From Hydrolagus affinis (taxonomy: Eukaryota): 64,000 nucleotides of DNA. Position 1 is the stretch's first letter. Each line of letters starts with the position of its first letter. The notes beneath the pieces were generated by a model that saw nothing but the letters and a program-made list of their open reading frames with translations, was not told the DNA's origin and did no database searches. Position numbers and translations under genes: made by a program. This document shows positions 26,601-41,600 of this stretch, piece by piece. The DNA lies in assembly GCA_012026655.1 (NCBI GenBank), contig JAAILG010000010.1, positions 62,001-126,000 on the forward strand, read 5' to 3'.

Positions 26601-29600
26601 TCGCTTCAACTACACACAATTACTGGTTGTAAATGGCTTTAAAGTTTTCCTACAACAAATTACTGTATCCACTAGTATAAATGATAAGGTCTAGGCTTTA
26701 ACTGGTATCAGCTGACTTACTATGACCCTGCAGTGTGAGAAACTGGGTGATAAATAGAATGAATTGTCAGAATGAAAAACTGAAGTGTTATGTTCAGAAC
26801 ATTTACTTGGAGTAACGCTGTCCTAATAAGGGTTAGACAAGTTTATTTCCAAACTTGTGGTCCATTTTAAATATGCTACTTGAAATCTTACACCAGCAAG
26901 TGATAGTGAGCAGCTGTACAGATGTGAACATGTTTAATTTACATTTTCAGTAAACAAAATTGCAATAGATAGGGGGAAGATTTGAATCACAAGAACAAAA
27001 AAAATGAATATGTAAAGAAGACACAAACCAAGGGCAAACCCATCATGATATGGTGTATTATCTCAGACCCTTGTATTATAAAGCGTGAAAAGAAATGGGT
27101 TCTCAGTGCATCGATAAATTTATTGTTTATTGCATTTCGAATATACATATGCGTATTTTGCTATATCAAATATAAGGATTATTACTGTGGTTCCTGTAAT
27201 TATTGTGCTTTTAAAGCTATTCCTTTCCTTCACGACTGTTGTAGGACACTGCTGTGCTCAATTAGCTGCCATGTTTTGCCCACAAATATACAGTCAATTC
27301 ACTTTACAGTATATTCTGTGAAGCACTTTGAGACGTCTAGAAGACACGAAAAGAGCTATGGTATATCAAATGCAAGGATTATTATTATATATTATTATCT
27401 ATGGAGAAAGGAAAATGGGTCAGTGTTTCAGGTCCATTGATCCTTCATCAGAACTGGGGGATATTGGCAGGGAGAGGTTTTAAGGACTAACAGAGAGGGA
27501 GAGGTGGGGCAAGAAAGACAAAGGAGAAAAGGGGGTGGAGACAGGGGATGGATGGATTAAAGAATTGTTAATGATGCGAAACAAAGGAGGAGGGCAGCAG
27601 TGGCAGACCAGAGAGAAAAAGTGTGTCTAAATATCTAACCACCTCAGTCTTGAAAATATGAATTCCTACGCTCCAATTGCTTCATAGCAATCTGAATGGT
27701 TCTTATTCAGTGACAATGCAGACTTTCCTATCCACTTCCCACTAATGTTAGAAGTTTTGGATCACTGAGTTTCAATATTTCTATTACCATCCTCTGTGAG
27801 AGCCCTTTCAAATCATAAAATTAGGTATTTTCATAGCGATGGCAGATTTACCATTTATATACAAGATATTTAATATAGGGAATCACTAATGGGATTTTGT
27901 AATAGGCCCTAAAATAAATTACATTTTCTCAAGCTTTAAATGGTTTTCTTGATTTTATAAGCTTCAGGATCAAGCGGACTGGGAAGGTAAAAGGGATACA
28001 GTAGCTTGCCTCGTATTTAATAACTAAGTCAGTGTAATTGTTTTTCCAAAAAGCACTCCTAAGAGTCTTTTTCATTGCAGAACTAATAATAATGATAATA
28101 ATCCTTGCATATGATATAGCACTTTTCACTTCTTCTAGACATCTCAAAGCGCTTCACAGAATATACTGTAAATTGAATCAACTGTATATTTGTGGGCGAA
28201 ATGCAGTAGCCAATAGCACAAAGCAGTGTCCCACAAAGAGTCGTGATTTGAGTGACCAAATATTATAATTTTTCAAAGATTATTATCCCCAGAAAAATGA
28301 TCCTCCAATGACTAACAACTGGGTTCCTACTAACAACGAGGTAAACCAAGGTGTGTGGAGTAAAGAAACTTGGCCAATATTTCACCTTGCCAGGAATAGA
28401 ACACAGGTCTCTCGCTTGGGAGGAGAATGTTCTAACCACTGAGCTCCAGGACTAAATCTGGAATGTGAAAAGTATCAGATCTTTCATTTGGATAAGAGAA
28501 GTATGAGGCGCTCGCTTTTGATTTCAATGCTTTGGACCATGACAGATTGATATAAGGATAATTGAAAACATTGATATGAAACAATCCCTGAAAGTATGCC
28601 ACATAATTTTTGTGTCATGCAATTAAATTACTGTCTTCTCAACTACATATAATATATTGACTGTATATTTTCACCCACAAAATATACAATCAGTTTACTT
28701 TATAGTATGTCCTATGAAGCGTTTTGAGAGTTCTCAAAGACATGGTAATAAGGCGCAATATCAAATGCAAGGATTATTATTATAGTAAAAGCCCATTTAT
28801 CCGATCAATCAGAACTTCGTTTATCCGATCAACCGGAACTTCCGTATAACAGGTATGTCAAAAAAAAAGGCCCATCCGATTAACCAGATGTTATCCGGCA
28901 CAATTGCGGTGGAGCATTTAATGAATCGATTGACGCACGAGAGTACTGTAAAGGTATTTCGGCTTGCCGCTGGTAGAGCCTTAAAGTCGCGCTGCCTTTT
29001 TTTTCCCTTGCTGAAGTTTCTACCCCAGCACCATGGTTTCAAACCAGGCGTCAGCCAGCAAAGGTGATTTTTAGGTGAATGTTTAGGTGAATAACAAAGG
29101 TCTGTTATTATCTGTTATTATTTAGTCTATTATTAATAGACTAAATGTGTTAAAATAAGTTAATGTTTTGCGTTCTGGGCGTCGGATCCGACCGAATATC
29201 TGGCAGACCGTTTAACCGGCATTGGCCAGGTCCCGTGGGTGCCGGATAAACGAGTTTTTACTGTATTACATAACATCTTCAAATGTTGTTATGTAATATC
29301 TTCAAAACACAGAAGCATTTATTTTATTTTTAACGCAACAACTGTAATTAGTAATTTAATGTTTTTTTTTTAAAAGTAAGAGAATGACTTTTTTTTGTTA
29401 AATTGCCCTTGCCCAGAATGGCAAGCTAAGTTTTACTTTAAATTGACAAACCAATGTTAACCATCAACGTTTTCTATTTGATGCTACTGCAATCTATTTA
29501 CCAAAAAAAACAAAAACAGTCTTTCAAGATGTTCTGTTCCTCAAACTTGTTAACTTCAGCTCAATCGTTATTTTTATGCTATTAATCTGTAAATACTTCA

Positions 29601-32600
29601 AATTGGCAGCATATTTAAGGCACTCCCAAATATTTAATTTGCTGTTTTTAGAATGTAATTACTTCCACATTCACCACAATTTGTGGCAATCACACATCTG
29701 AAGCTCTTCTGTCCATGATTTATTATATTTGTCGCTGAAAAAGTATAGTTTAGCTAGATGGTAAAATATTGTTGCTTTTTCATCCCACATTCAGCAACCC
29801 ACCCCTCAAACTTATTAATTTGTAATATTCAAATGGATAGGGAGCAAAATGGGGTTACAGTTAATTTGGGGGGTTAAATACATCATAAGGTTTGGTTAAT
29901 TTACGTACAAAAATATTCTGTTTCAAACAAGGATAAGGAAACCCCATGGAACTACAGTAAATGTTGACATGGGATGCCTTCTGTAATTAGACTTCCCAGA
30001 ATCATAGAATATTTACAGCATATAAGGTCATTTGGCCTCTGCTAGTGCTAGCTCCCACACTGCAGCTAACAAGTCTAATCCCATTGCTACTCTTTTCTCA
30101 TATCCTGTAATATTACTTTTCGTCAAATACCTATCCAATTACCTTTGAAAAGACTGCCATATTTCTAGCTCCATATTTCTAAATTAATGTTGCACATCAT
30201 AGGTTCCTGAAAATGTTTTACATCAGTCACTGCAAAAAATATTATTTAGTTTCTCAAAGTTGTTCGCCTTAAATTGATGTTTGTCACTCTCACTCCCTCC
30301 ACTTTCTCTCCGTAAATCCATCAAAAAGAGAAGGGAGTTTCTCCAGTGGCCAACAATTCCCCAAGGAAACATTTGTTATTCACGACATAGCTGTTTGTGG
30401 GAAATGTTTGCGTCCAAATTGACTGTGTTTGTCTACAGAATACACAGTCACTACGGATATACAAGTACTGCTTTTTCCAAATAAAATAAAATTGCAAATA
30501 AAACAAACAGGGTTGGCTGCACCCTCCAACTACTGTATATTGGTACATATCAAGATATTATTCACAACCAGATGACAGAACATTTTATGTGAATAATTAT
30601 TATTGAGGATTATTTGTGTAAGGTTTGTAAGGATTAACTGTACCCAAAAACCCTAGAAAAGTGAAGCAAAATGTCTAAGAGTATAAAAATATTTCAACAG
30701 TTTTTTTGATGTATTGAATATGGCTTAGAGCCAGAGCGCTTATAGTATTAAATAGTCATCTGTGTGTTTCATCTTAGTGAAATAGTAATCTGTTGGGGAC
30801 ACCTGCTACATCTTTGTAATAGACAAAATTACCTGATAGTCCTTATTAATCTTGTACTGCATGATTAGCATATTTCTTGTCTTTTCAAGTTCCTGCACAG
30901 TTTCTGCGTGTCTTGCCTGTAACTCTCTCATTGAACGTTCCAAATCTTTATTAATGTCATCCTCCAGCTTTTCAAGGAATTCAAGGTTTCCTTGCTTCTG
31001 ATTCTTGCGTACCTATAACAGTATTAACAGCTGAGACCAATTGAAGCACTCTTACTCCTTCTGAGCAGCATTCCGCACCACATTGCTAACAACATCACAA
31101 TTGGCTAACTGCAAAATTATGCAAGATATCTGGGCTTACAACTAGATTTGATTTTATGTATTTCAGTGCTTTAGCTGGACAACATTTGTAAGTATGATCC
31201 AGTATTTCAGTCACTACTTAAATACAATTCTATTCTGTAGTTCGCTGTTGGGAGGAAAATGCATTACTTACTTGCCCAAAAGATAATTTCCCTCCAATAA
31301 TAGTAATAAAATATTTATGTAGTTAAGCAAATGTTTCTGGTTGTGCGTTAATTCATTTTTGTTGTAATAATGAAATACGCGCACATTCCAAATAAATTTA
31401 ATCTTGCTTTTCTCTCCCTTTGCTCTGCCAAGCTTTCTGACATTTGCATATGCATGAGAGAGCCCGGTTAGCCACTTGAAGCTGCTCCAATGATTCAGCC
31501 CTCTTGAAATGCCAGTCACTTCAATCAGGGCATATGAGGGTCAGCTTGTTATTAGACCTCAGAGCACGCAAGGATTGGAAGAAGGATCAACTTCTTTGCA
31601 TTACCTTTATGAGCATCAGTGCTTCGCTCAGTTCAGCCACATCAATATCACTCTCCTGAAATTAAAATAGTCAATAAAGGGCATTATCAGATGGAAATGA
31701 ATAATAGAGTGATAGCTGAAAATAACATAGTAGATTCTCACCAAATATGACACTTGGCTTGAATATCATGAATAAATAAACTATCACATTTTTGCATTTT
31801 TTCCCTTAGATTTTATGATGCATAAAGCCAGGGCACTCATTCCATGCATAAAACATTTCAGCCATTGCATTGTCACATACTAGGAGATATATATTCTGTT
31901 CAAGAAAATAACTTACTTTGGTGAAGAACTTCATACGGTCTTTGAGTTCATCCAGCTGGTGCTTGTGTTGTAGATAGTTGAGCTGGAGCTCTTTGTTCTC
32001 CTGGGAGAGTCGCTCATTTTGTTCTGAGATTCATCAGACAACAAATGGAATCAACAGCAAGACAAACCCCGAGACAGACAACAATGTGTTAAAGCAAAAT
32101 ATGTAACAATGACAGTACCTAAAACTGTGTCTCCAGAGAATAGAAGAGCAGCCCAGTTATAGTCATGAAGTGTTTGTTCTCTATCATTACCTTTTAAGAC
32201 ACAGGTTCTACATCAATGTGCCATTTGTTTTAGATATTAGAAACAATATTGATTATTCTAGAGGTCAGGATCTTTTACCCCAAAAGGTTTGAATCCAGTT
32301 CAGCACTTTGAGCATTCTTAATTTACATACTGCAGTCCTCCCATTCCTACCATTAAGTAAAATCAGTAGAAAAATAAGGATCTCTGAACCTACTCATCTG
32401 TGGATCAGAAGGGTGGGTTCAAGTTGTACTTTGAGCTTACAGTCTAGACTGATATGATACTCCAATGTAGTGAGCTGCATCGTGAAACGTGCCATCTTTT
32501 GGATGACACATGAAACAGAGGTTCTGTTTGCCTGCTCAGGTGACATAAAAGATCCCCTGGTGGTATTCAAAAAACACAACGTTTGAGGGTCTCTCAGTCC

Positions 32601-35600
32601 TGGCTAACAATGTCCCACATAAAATTGGTCATGGCTGTTTCTGGGATATTGTTATGCACAAATTGGCTACCGCGTTCACCTGCAATGCAGTTACTGCACC
32701 TTACAGTAAATCCTGTGAAGTGTTTTGAGATATTCTAACAATGTTAAAACACTAATATCAAATGAAAACAAATGATTATTTACTTATCTTCATTGCCTAT
32801 ACCTCCCACCATGCAAAATATAGTTCTTAGATTATATCCATTCCTCAATCTTCTCCAACGAAAACAAGTACAGCTCTGGTTATCTAACTTGGGAGTCCTG
32901 AAAACATCGTTGTTGTTCAGTCTTTCATCCTTTTCCAACACTGTGTCCTTTTTGAAAGCGAGGTGCCAAAAGTTGCTGAGTGTGAGCAATGTGGTCTATA
33001 AACTTGGCAAACATGTCATCTAAGCAAAAAAATATTTGCTCGACACAAAGTTTTATAGCCAAGATTATTAATTGATTCTAGATGGCAAAAGGGGCTGGGT
33101 TGCTAGATTTTGATTAATTGATCAGGCATGCAGTTATGATGAACCAATGTATAGTTATAAGACACTAAGTCTAAAATTGTATTTTTTTCCTAAATTCTAC
33201 ACACCTGGATTTGTGAATGCAAACAAATTTTATTCCGTGCACTGAAATTTAAAAAGAATACCATGTGCAATGAAGCAGTGGCGTAAATACATTCATGTGC
33301 TCAGCTAAATAAACACAATCAGGAGTACCCAACTAACTGCCAATCCACTGCAGCAAACTCCAGTTTCTCAGCGGTAACTAAGGTGGTGGTGGGGGGAAAA
33401 GAGTAGGAATGTGTCCACCTTCAACACATAAACAAACACCAGTCAAGTTTGCTAAATGTACTTATTGTGTTAATAAGCACAAACAAATTAACACACTTGT
33501 ACATTGTAAAATGAACCCCCCTATTTCATTTATTTTACATTCTGCATTTTTTGCACAACCGATTTACTAACGTATTGAATTAATAATATTAATATTCCTT
33601 GCATTTTATATACTATGTCAATGAAACTTCTCAAAGTGTTTCACAGGATTATACTGTTAAAATCTTGATGCCTGTGTTTTTGAGTGTCCAAACAGATGAA
33701 ACTTACTTTACTTTAAAAAGTTGATAAAATGCAACCTTAAACCCTTTTACAGACCCATAATGATGCCAACTGCAGTTCTTTTATTAATAAAAGTGGGATC
33801 ATTGCTATCTTCTGCAATTTTCTGTGCAGTCTGCATTTTAGTTTGGTATTCACTTCCTTAACAGACATTTTTTATTTAAAGAATAATATCATAATTGTTC
33901 TGCAGAGACACTACAATTAAAAACATGATACAACTGCAGGGTATTATTTTGCTTACAGTGTAATTCTGGAAAGTTCTAACATTTTACAGATGGTCATTTT
34001 TTAACTCTTTCTAGACCATCTGACTCCTTCTGCAGTAAGATTTGAACACTCACTTCCAAGGTTGAGGCACTATGCATTTTGACTTTCAATTTCATTCAAA
34101 CTACACTATATCAAATAGCATTTTTTTTAACAAAAAATGAACGCACTGAGTTCTAGATTTTTCAATGCATAATTTCATAGATTTGTTGCATTTCATGCCT
34201 ATTTTAATGTCGATATGACATTATTTGCTAAAGATAATTCTGACATATCAAACACTTTAAAATCAGGAGCACAAATTACAAACAATCTTGGCTATCCCCC
34301 ACTGTGCTCTTGCTACCCTGCTATGCTATGAATTGACCTCCTCTCCCCTTATGAGCCACCAGAAGTTTAACCATTGTAACTAATTATAGTTCACGTAATA
34401 AGCCACATAAAAATATTAAGGTTTCTTTTGTGTTAAATTCTGAATCATTGTGGGGTTTTGGGAGTACAATACTATGGTTAAAACATTTTTCCAATGCACT
34501 GAGTCATATTTTACATGACCATTAAAAGCTGTGAAAGGACCTCTTCAATGGCACAGTGAGNNNNNNNNNNNNNNNNNNNNNNNNNNNNNNNNNNNNNNNN
34601 NNNNNNNNNNNNNNNNNNNNNNNNNNNNNNNNNNNNNNNNNNNNNNNNNNNNNNNNNNNNCCGAAAAAAAAAATCAACCAAAGCTCTTGCTCTTAATAAC
34701 TATCGTAACCTACAAGAAAGTTTAGAAGAGGGTGAAAATAACTACTGCACATTGCTGATTCTTAATAATTATTTTATAATAAAGGTTTAAAGCAGCCTGG
34801 CATCTTCAGCCTAGAATATATTACTTGGTAAACGTACTTGACTCCTAACTATAAAATAATGATCGGGTCTGAGCACTGACTGCTGGTGGTGAGATACATC
34901 CTGCCAGCTCTTGGCCAGGCCACTGGATGGAGCACTGCTCTGACAGAAACCAGTATTTTTTTGTGCTGATAACGATATCAATTTCAGTGGGGAATAAAAA
35001 GATAATACAGACCAACCCACTTGGTCTCCCTGATAGAGATGGCTTTCGGCTATGTAAATGGTTTAAGGTTAGAAAATAATGACTACATATATTTCTCTAG
35101 TACCCTTCATGTTGGGAGAACTTAAAGCACTTCATAAGGCTTATTGGGAGCTTCCTGAGCTGGAGTGGGTGGGAAAAGGTGGCTGAAATTATGGTAAAAA
35201 AAGATAAGTCTTATGATGGGTTTTGAAGGTAGAGAGGAAGAGGACAAGGCAGGGAACTCTTGGATAGTGTTCCAGAAAGAGGGGGCAGAGTGGCTGAAAA
35301 CACAGCATGAATCATAGTTGGGGACAAAAATTAGGTATATTATTATAAATGCCACAACTTAAAATTAATACTTCCAGCAGTAAAGCAAAATAGAGTAGAA
35401 AACCCAATTTAAATTTCTTTGGGGAGAAATTCCACCTGGGTCTCAATTTACTTTATTTACACAGCAATTCAGAGGGATCTAGTATTTATTAAATTGTTGA
35501 ATTCAATGTTAACTTTGAAGACTTTGAAGTTCTTAAAAGAAATGGGAAAAAGAAAAATTATTTCAAAATTAAGGCATTATTTAAGAATTTGCCAATTCTG

Positions 35601-38600
35601 GAAGCTATGAAATGCTAAGAAAATAGAGTAAGTCTAGACCCAGGTGGAATTTCTACTCACTTGTCTCTGTTTATATAAACCACTCTTCATTACATTGGTC
35701 AGATAAAGCAAGGTCTGATATTGCAAAATCGTGTGGAGTACTAATTAAAGATTTGCTCAAACTTCCAATAGGCAACCCATGATGTTAAAGGGATCATTGG
35801 AAGAGAAACCACAACTTATATGTACTAGTACTTGAGTTTATACTACTCAATCCCATTTTAAACTGTATGTTTAACTGCCATTCGCCACAAAAATGTGCAT
35901 CATAAACACAACATAAATGGTTGTGAATTGTCAATAATCATCAGCTTTGGGGACTGAAAACTAGAGCCATATGTTGATAGAAACGTGAAGTACAAAATGA
36001 AGAAATGCAAGCAAATAGAATTAAAAAACACAGCTACAGTTTATTCTCACAAATTGACTGCTGGGTAAATATATATGAGGTGAGAACAGGATTGGGATCA
36101 ACCCTCGCGGGTGGGTAGGTTATTCATTTTTTGTGGTTATTCTCCACATTTTTCTAACAATAACTTCCACCTAAAAATATTTAGATGCAAATTATGTTTT
36201 GAATCCATGTGGCCTTGCTGCTAATGTCATCGAGCGAGCTACTCAGATGTTTTGCTATTCTGTTTTACTGATAAAAAATGGAGTACCCCAAAAAACTGAA
36301 AGCTATATTAGGATTCCGAATGTGCCATTGAATTCAAATCCTGCAGGCTTTACTTATTTCACCAGCTAAAATACCTCTTTCAAGTTTGATTTTGTCCAAG
36401 ATCTCATTTTTGTCAGCCAGGTCTGATTTCAGTGCGGTTTCGAGCTGTGCAATCTGTAGCTTCAGCTGTTGTTCCTTCAACTTCCACTGTTGTTCGTGGG
36501 TCATGTCAAAGGCACTGTAACCAAACATGTGGCATGTGAAGAACTATTGGAAGTAATCCTCCACAGAGAATAATAATTTTTTTTAAAAAAAGCCTTAGTG
36601 GCACAGAGACTGCTGTCATCATGTCTCAGGAATTAAGCAAACATATGCTGGTCTGCTGCTGTTGAAACCAAGGCGCCTTGTTCAGGCTGCGGTTATATCA
36701 CATGAAAGGATTTGTGGGATGAGCAAAGACACTGGCCTTAATTTAGAGATCCATGGCCAGCAAAAAAAAAAAAACTGGCATAACTCAGATCTGTGGGACA
36801 AGGAAAGGAATTCAGCTGCACACTCCAGTGGAATATATTGGTCCAAATCACTCAACATCATGGGAATAACAAAACCAGTCTTTCCGCATACAAACCCCCA
36901 ATATTCCCTCAATGTAAATAGCTACCCACCTGGTTGCTTTCAGAGGCTGGCAAAGGATGCAGTACTAAAAACAGCTGCTGGTTCAAAGGAAATTGAACCA
37001 CAAAGCAATAGCATTTATAAAGTCTCAAACATTGTGTAAGTGAATGCCTGCAACCAGTACACAGTGTGAATATTTATCCCACTGAGGGAGATGGGGCAGA
37101 TGGAGAAGTTGTGCTTAAAATGAAACTAGAAAATAAACTAAAAGACTGAAGAAAATGGCAGATCAATTGCAGATATAATCACAGGTTAAACAAAATCTGA
37201 ATCTGAATTTTTGCATGAATGTGAAATCAAGAGGGAGCAGTAAAATAACAAGAAGCACAATTTTTAAAAGGAAGCTATACTGCCTTTAACACACAGTTTG
37301 CTAGTTGAGCCAAAAGAGCAGAACACCATAACAAGTTATGCATGTTGATTAAGAAATAATAATGCGAGCATTCAATATAAATGTAAATATAGAAAGTAAA
37401 TGAATACTGAATTATGCTTTGGGATATGGGTTTCATCTTGGAAAAAAAAACAGGAAAATAAGATTTAGAAGAGCATTCAGACCCAACAGCAAGCACCACA
37501 AAAATGTCAGCCCCTCAAGTCAGCATTTCATGGATACTCTTAACCGAGTAAGTGGTTTCAATTTGACTAAATCCAAAGAAATCATTTTATATTAAAAGTT
37601 AAAGGGGAACTCTACTCCATTTAGGAAAGGGACACGATTTAGAAGTTTACATACAAGCAAAATTCCCTGCCAAAAACAGGATTCTGAACCGGACTCAACT
37701 ATTGTAGTGAGATTTTGCCTCTTCTGCACTATTGCATCGATGGGCAAAATTCCCTTCTCACAACTTTTGTAGCGTGTTCTGGACAGAACCAAAGAAATGC
37801 AGCCCAGAGGGAGGCCATTTGATCCATCACATCTATGCTTCTCTTAGCTCCTTCCTTGGATCTAGAATACTAAAATACTGAAAATAAGTTACAATAAAAA
37901 AAAAGGGAAGAGATGGAAAAGTGGTAGCACAAGCTGAGGGATCAATTTAAAAACAGATTTATTGACAATTGTGTTTCTTTAGAGGGTAAGGATTAATTTT
38001 ACAGAAATAAAAACAAACTGATATCCGAGCAACTCCTTTCATTTCTTGACATTTGAGAGTTGTTGCTCTCAAAGATCTTGTGGCACAGTGATGGATTTCC
38101 AGCCTGAGCTCAAACTAAACCCCCTTCCCCCTCCATCTAACGTCTGCTCTTATTGATTGAGCTTTGCCTTTTCTCTTTCAGACCAATGGATCCCACAGGG
38201 AGGTTTAACCTGATGGTTTTGGGGCCACTAAAGTGTTTGCATCATGACATCCTCCATTTCCTCTTTTAGATGCGAAAATTGCATCAGAGATTGGCAAGGT
38301 TGCATCTGTGATGCAGCCATGTCACTCATCGATTGGTTACCTTTTTTTTGCTGTAAAACCAGCTTTTGAGCTACAAGAAATAAGAGTGACAGCAGTTAGA
38401 AAATGCAGAGGAGAAAATAAGGTGAATTCTAAAAGAATGGGGAAGAAGAGAAAATAGAAAGGAAACAGTGATGACAGGGTAAGGTTGGATCCTTTTTTTA
38501 AAAAAAATATAATTTTATAGCAATAATTAATTTTACAGCAATAAAACTAAGCTAATATTTGAGGATCTTAATGCGTAATCTCAGCAGCGATTTCACCTTC

Positions 38601-41600
38601 ACAGTGAGTGATCTGAACATGTATTTAACTAAATGACAGTCGGGACTCTAAGGATTAATTGTCATGACCCCACCCCACCCCACCGCCCTCCCATTCTGCA
38701 GGAGCACATCTAAAGAAAAATCCATAATTCAGATTATCAGTACCTTTTCTCCCTTATGTGGAAATTTAAGGCAATGGTAAAGACTCAAAGGGAAACATTG
38801 GTGAATATACATTTAGTAAGATCAAAATTCCATTGAATGGATTACCCACTCTCGCCTGGCTCCACTGATTCCCAATCCCTCAGAGGATAGAATTCAAAAT
38901 CCTCACCCTCACCTTTAAGGCTCTCCATGGACTACCTCTCTGATCTGCTGACCCCCTATCAACATATCAACTCCCTCCGCTCAGCAGGATCTGGCTGCTC
39001 CATGTCCCCACCCAACCTGTCCTACCATCAGCCAGGCTTACAGCCTCTCTGCTCCCACTTCTTCGAACTCCTTCCCACAATACATTCGTCGTGCTACGTC
39101 TCTTGCCTCCTTCAAGGTAGGACTCAAGGGTCTCCTTTCCAACCATGCCTTCAGCTGCCCCCCTATCCTTTCTGCCCTCCCTGATCCAAACCCTGCCTCC
39201 CACCTCCTACCAAGATCAATAATATTAAAAACATTAACATTGTGCAATGGTATGTACCTGTTAAATAACTTGTCATAATTCTCCTTCAAAAGATCTTTTT
39301 CCTTTTGCAGATCAGTGACTCTCTCTTGTAGCTGATTTAAAAAAAAGGAAAGGATGTCAATGTACCATCTACAAGATAGTAAAAGATTAAAAACAAATAA
39401 GTAAATTATAGAGGAAAAATATAAAATTGATCACATGCTCTAAGCCTCCATTAGTCTCCCACTTTAACATTTTAAGTCTTAGGGGCTCCATTTGTGATTG
39501 TGGCTTATTTATGCTGCGTCTATATTACACTTTTGCCAGGATATCACTGATTTTGGCAGCGATTTGTCACCAAACATATAGCATAAATAGTGGGTCAGGC
39601 AATACACTTTACACTGGAAATCCGTGCTGGAGCCAGCTACAAATGTGGTGGGTGCAAATTACAAAGGGGAAAAAAGATGTGTTTGTTAATTACAAAAAAT
39701 GCAGTCATGACATTCAGCGGCACTTCAGCTTTATTCAATTCTGTATTGTATCTGTGCTTAGTGCAAAGTGTATATGCAATATTAAAACAAAAGCAAAGCA
39801 ATCCTGTCAATGTTAGCAGTGGCTCTTTATCAGACAAAACTAATTAAATCACCCGTCTCTCTAGATTAGGATTTCAGTGTTCCAATGATGTGATTTTACT
39901 GAGATTTAACTCTCAGAATGGAGAGGAAGCTGTGCTCGAATCTCTAGGTTCAGAGGCCGATTACAAACCACTCGAAACATTTGCTTTTATGGTTCATAAT
40001 GTGTTTTGAACACAAAGACCAAATTAAATGCTTGTAACTTCCTCTGCAATATTATTCCATACAATGTTCACTATCCTCTGACAAGTAACAAAATATTTTT
40101 CTCAATTTTTTTTCAAAAAAAGCCACCTCTTCTGTTATTCTTTTAGAAAAGGAGACTGAGTGCAGTTGTTTTTCAAGGCACAGGCATTTACAACGTTCTT
40201 CTTTCAGTTGTGTGTTCAGTTCATCCACTTTATTCATAAAGGCATCATGACCGGCTTTCATAGTTCTCTGGTTCTGTAAGACAATACAACAAACAGCAGT
40301 GTATTGCTTCAACATCCAAATATACAGTCTACAAAAATGTTCAGTTTAACAATTCTACAAATATGCAGTCACTACATTCTACAGTATTTCACCCACAAAA
40401 TACACAGGCAATCCACTTCACAGTATATTTTGTGAAGTCTTTGGAAAGTTTCAACAATGTGATAAGGTGCTGTATCATATGCAATTATTATTACTATTAT
40501 TAATAAGCACTTTAAAATATTGAGTTTGTGATAAAATGTTATATTAAATGCAAAGCTTATTAAAGGTTCACTATATTTTACAGTTAATGATCTTAGTTAA
40601 ATATTATACGTGCATTTTCAGTTAACATTATAAGCATGCGACGATATGTCAATCGTCTAATGAGTCTTTAGCTGAATCCTATTTTTGCATAATTTTATTT
40701 CCATTCAATACACAAATCAAAAGGCATCATGTATTGATGATATACGAGTCTGACCGATGGTATACAAGTGAAAAAAAATTGCATCCCAACTTTTTTCAGT
40801 TTATTTTTTTAAAATCCAATGAAAATAATCACAATTTGTTTTAATAAAAGTGATGTCCCTCGATTTATTGCTGTCTCCTGTAGCTTTACATTGGTAAACA
40901 AGAGGTACTGTTACAGATGCACTTCAACCCATTAGATGGCACCATTGCTCATTTTGTAGACTTCAAACTCCACTTAGAGAGCCTGACAAGAGATAAGCTC
41001 TAGGATATTTGAATTGGACCTTCATAGCACAGTATCTATGGTTCCAGAGGATCCTTACAGCAACATAGCAGAACCACTTGGGGTCGCTTATAATGATTGC
41101 CATTCAGCACAATTGGGATGTGCATCCCAACATTTACTTACTAAAAAGCTTGCAGAAAACTGGCCAGCTCCATTGTGGCACACCACATTTCAATCAGAAT
41201 TCCAGTGTTCCATAGTTAAATTTGCATGCAAGGAAACAATTATTGCTTTTAGTCCTTGAACTCTCACCTCCTGAATTTGCAAAAGCTTTCCCTCCAAGAC
41301 AGTAAATGCAGTTGCTTTCTCTGCAAACTGTTTCTGTAGCCTTATCATCTCCACATTGTCTCGGATTGCTATTCTGTAGTTTAAAGAAAACAAAATGTAT
41401 ATACTGTAATACACAATCTCACAGACATGCTGAACTAAGATCTGCTGTTATCATCTGCTGGTGCCTCTTTTAGCCACAAGTTTGCTGCTTATACTATTTA
41501 CCCAATACGTTTGCTTTGTTAAAGAGATAATATTTCCCAAAAATGGTTAAAACTAATAATTCCATTGTCTACATTAGTTGAACTGAATATCCCCCAAAAA

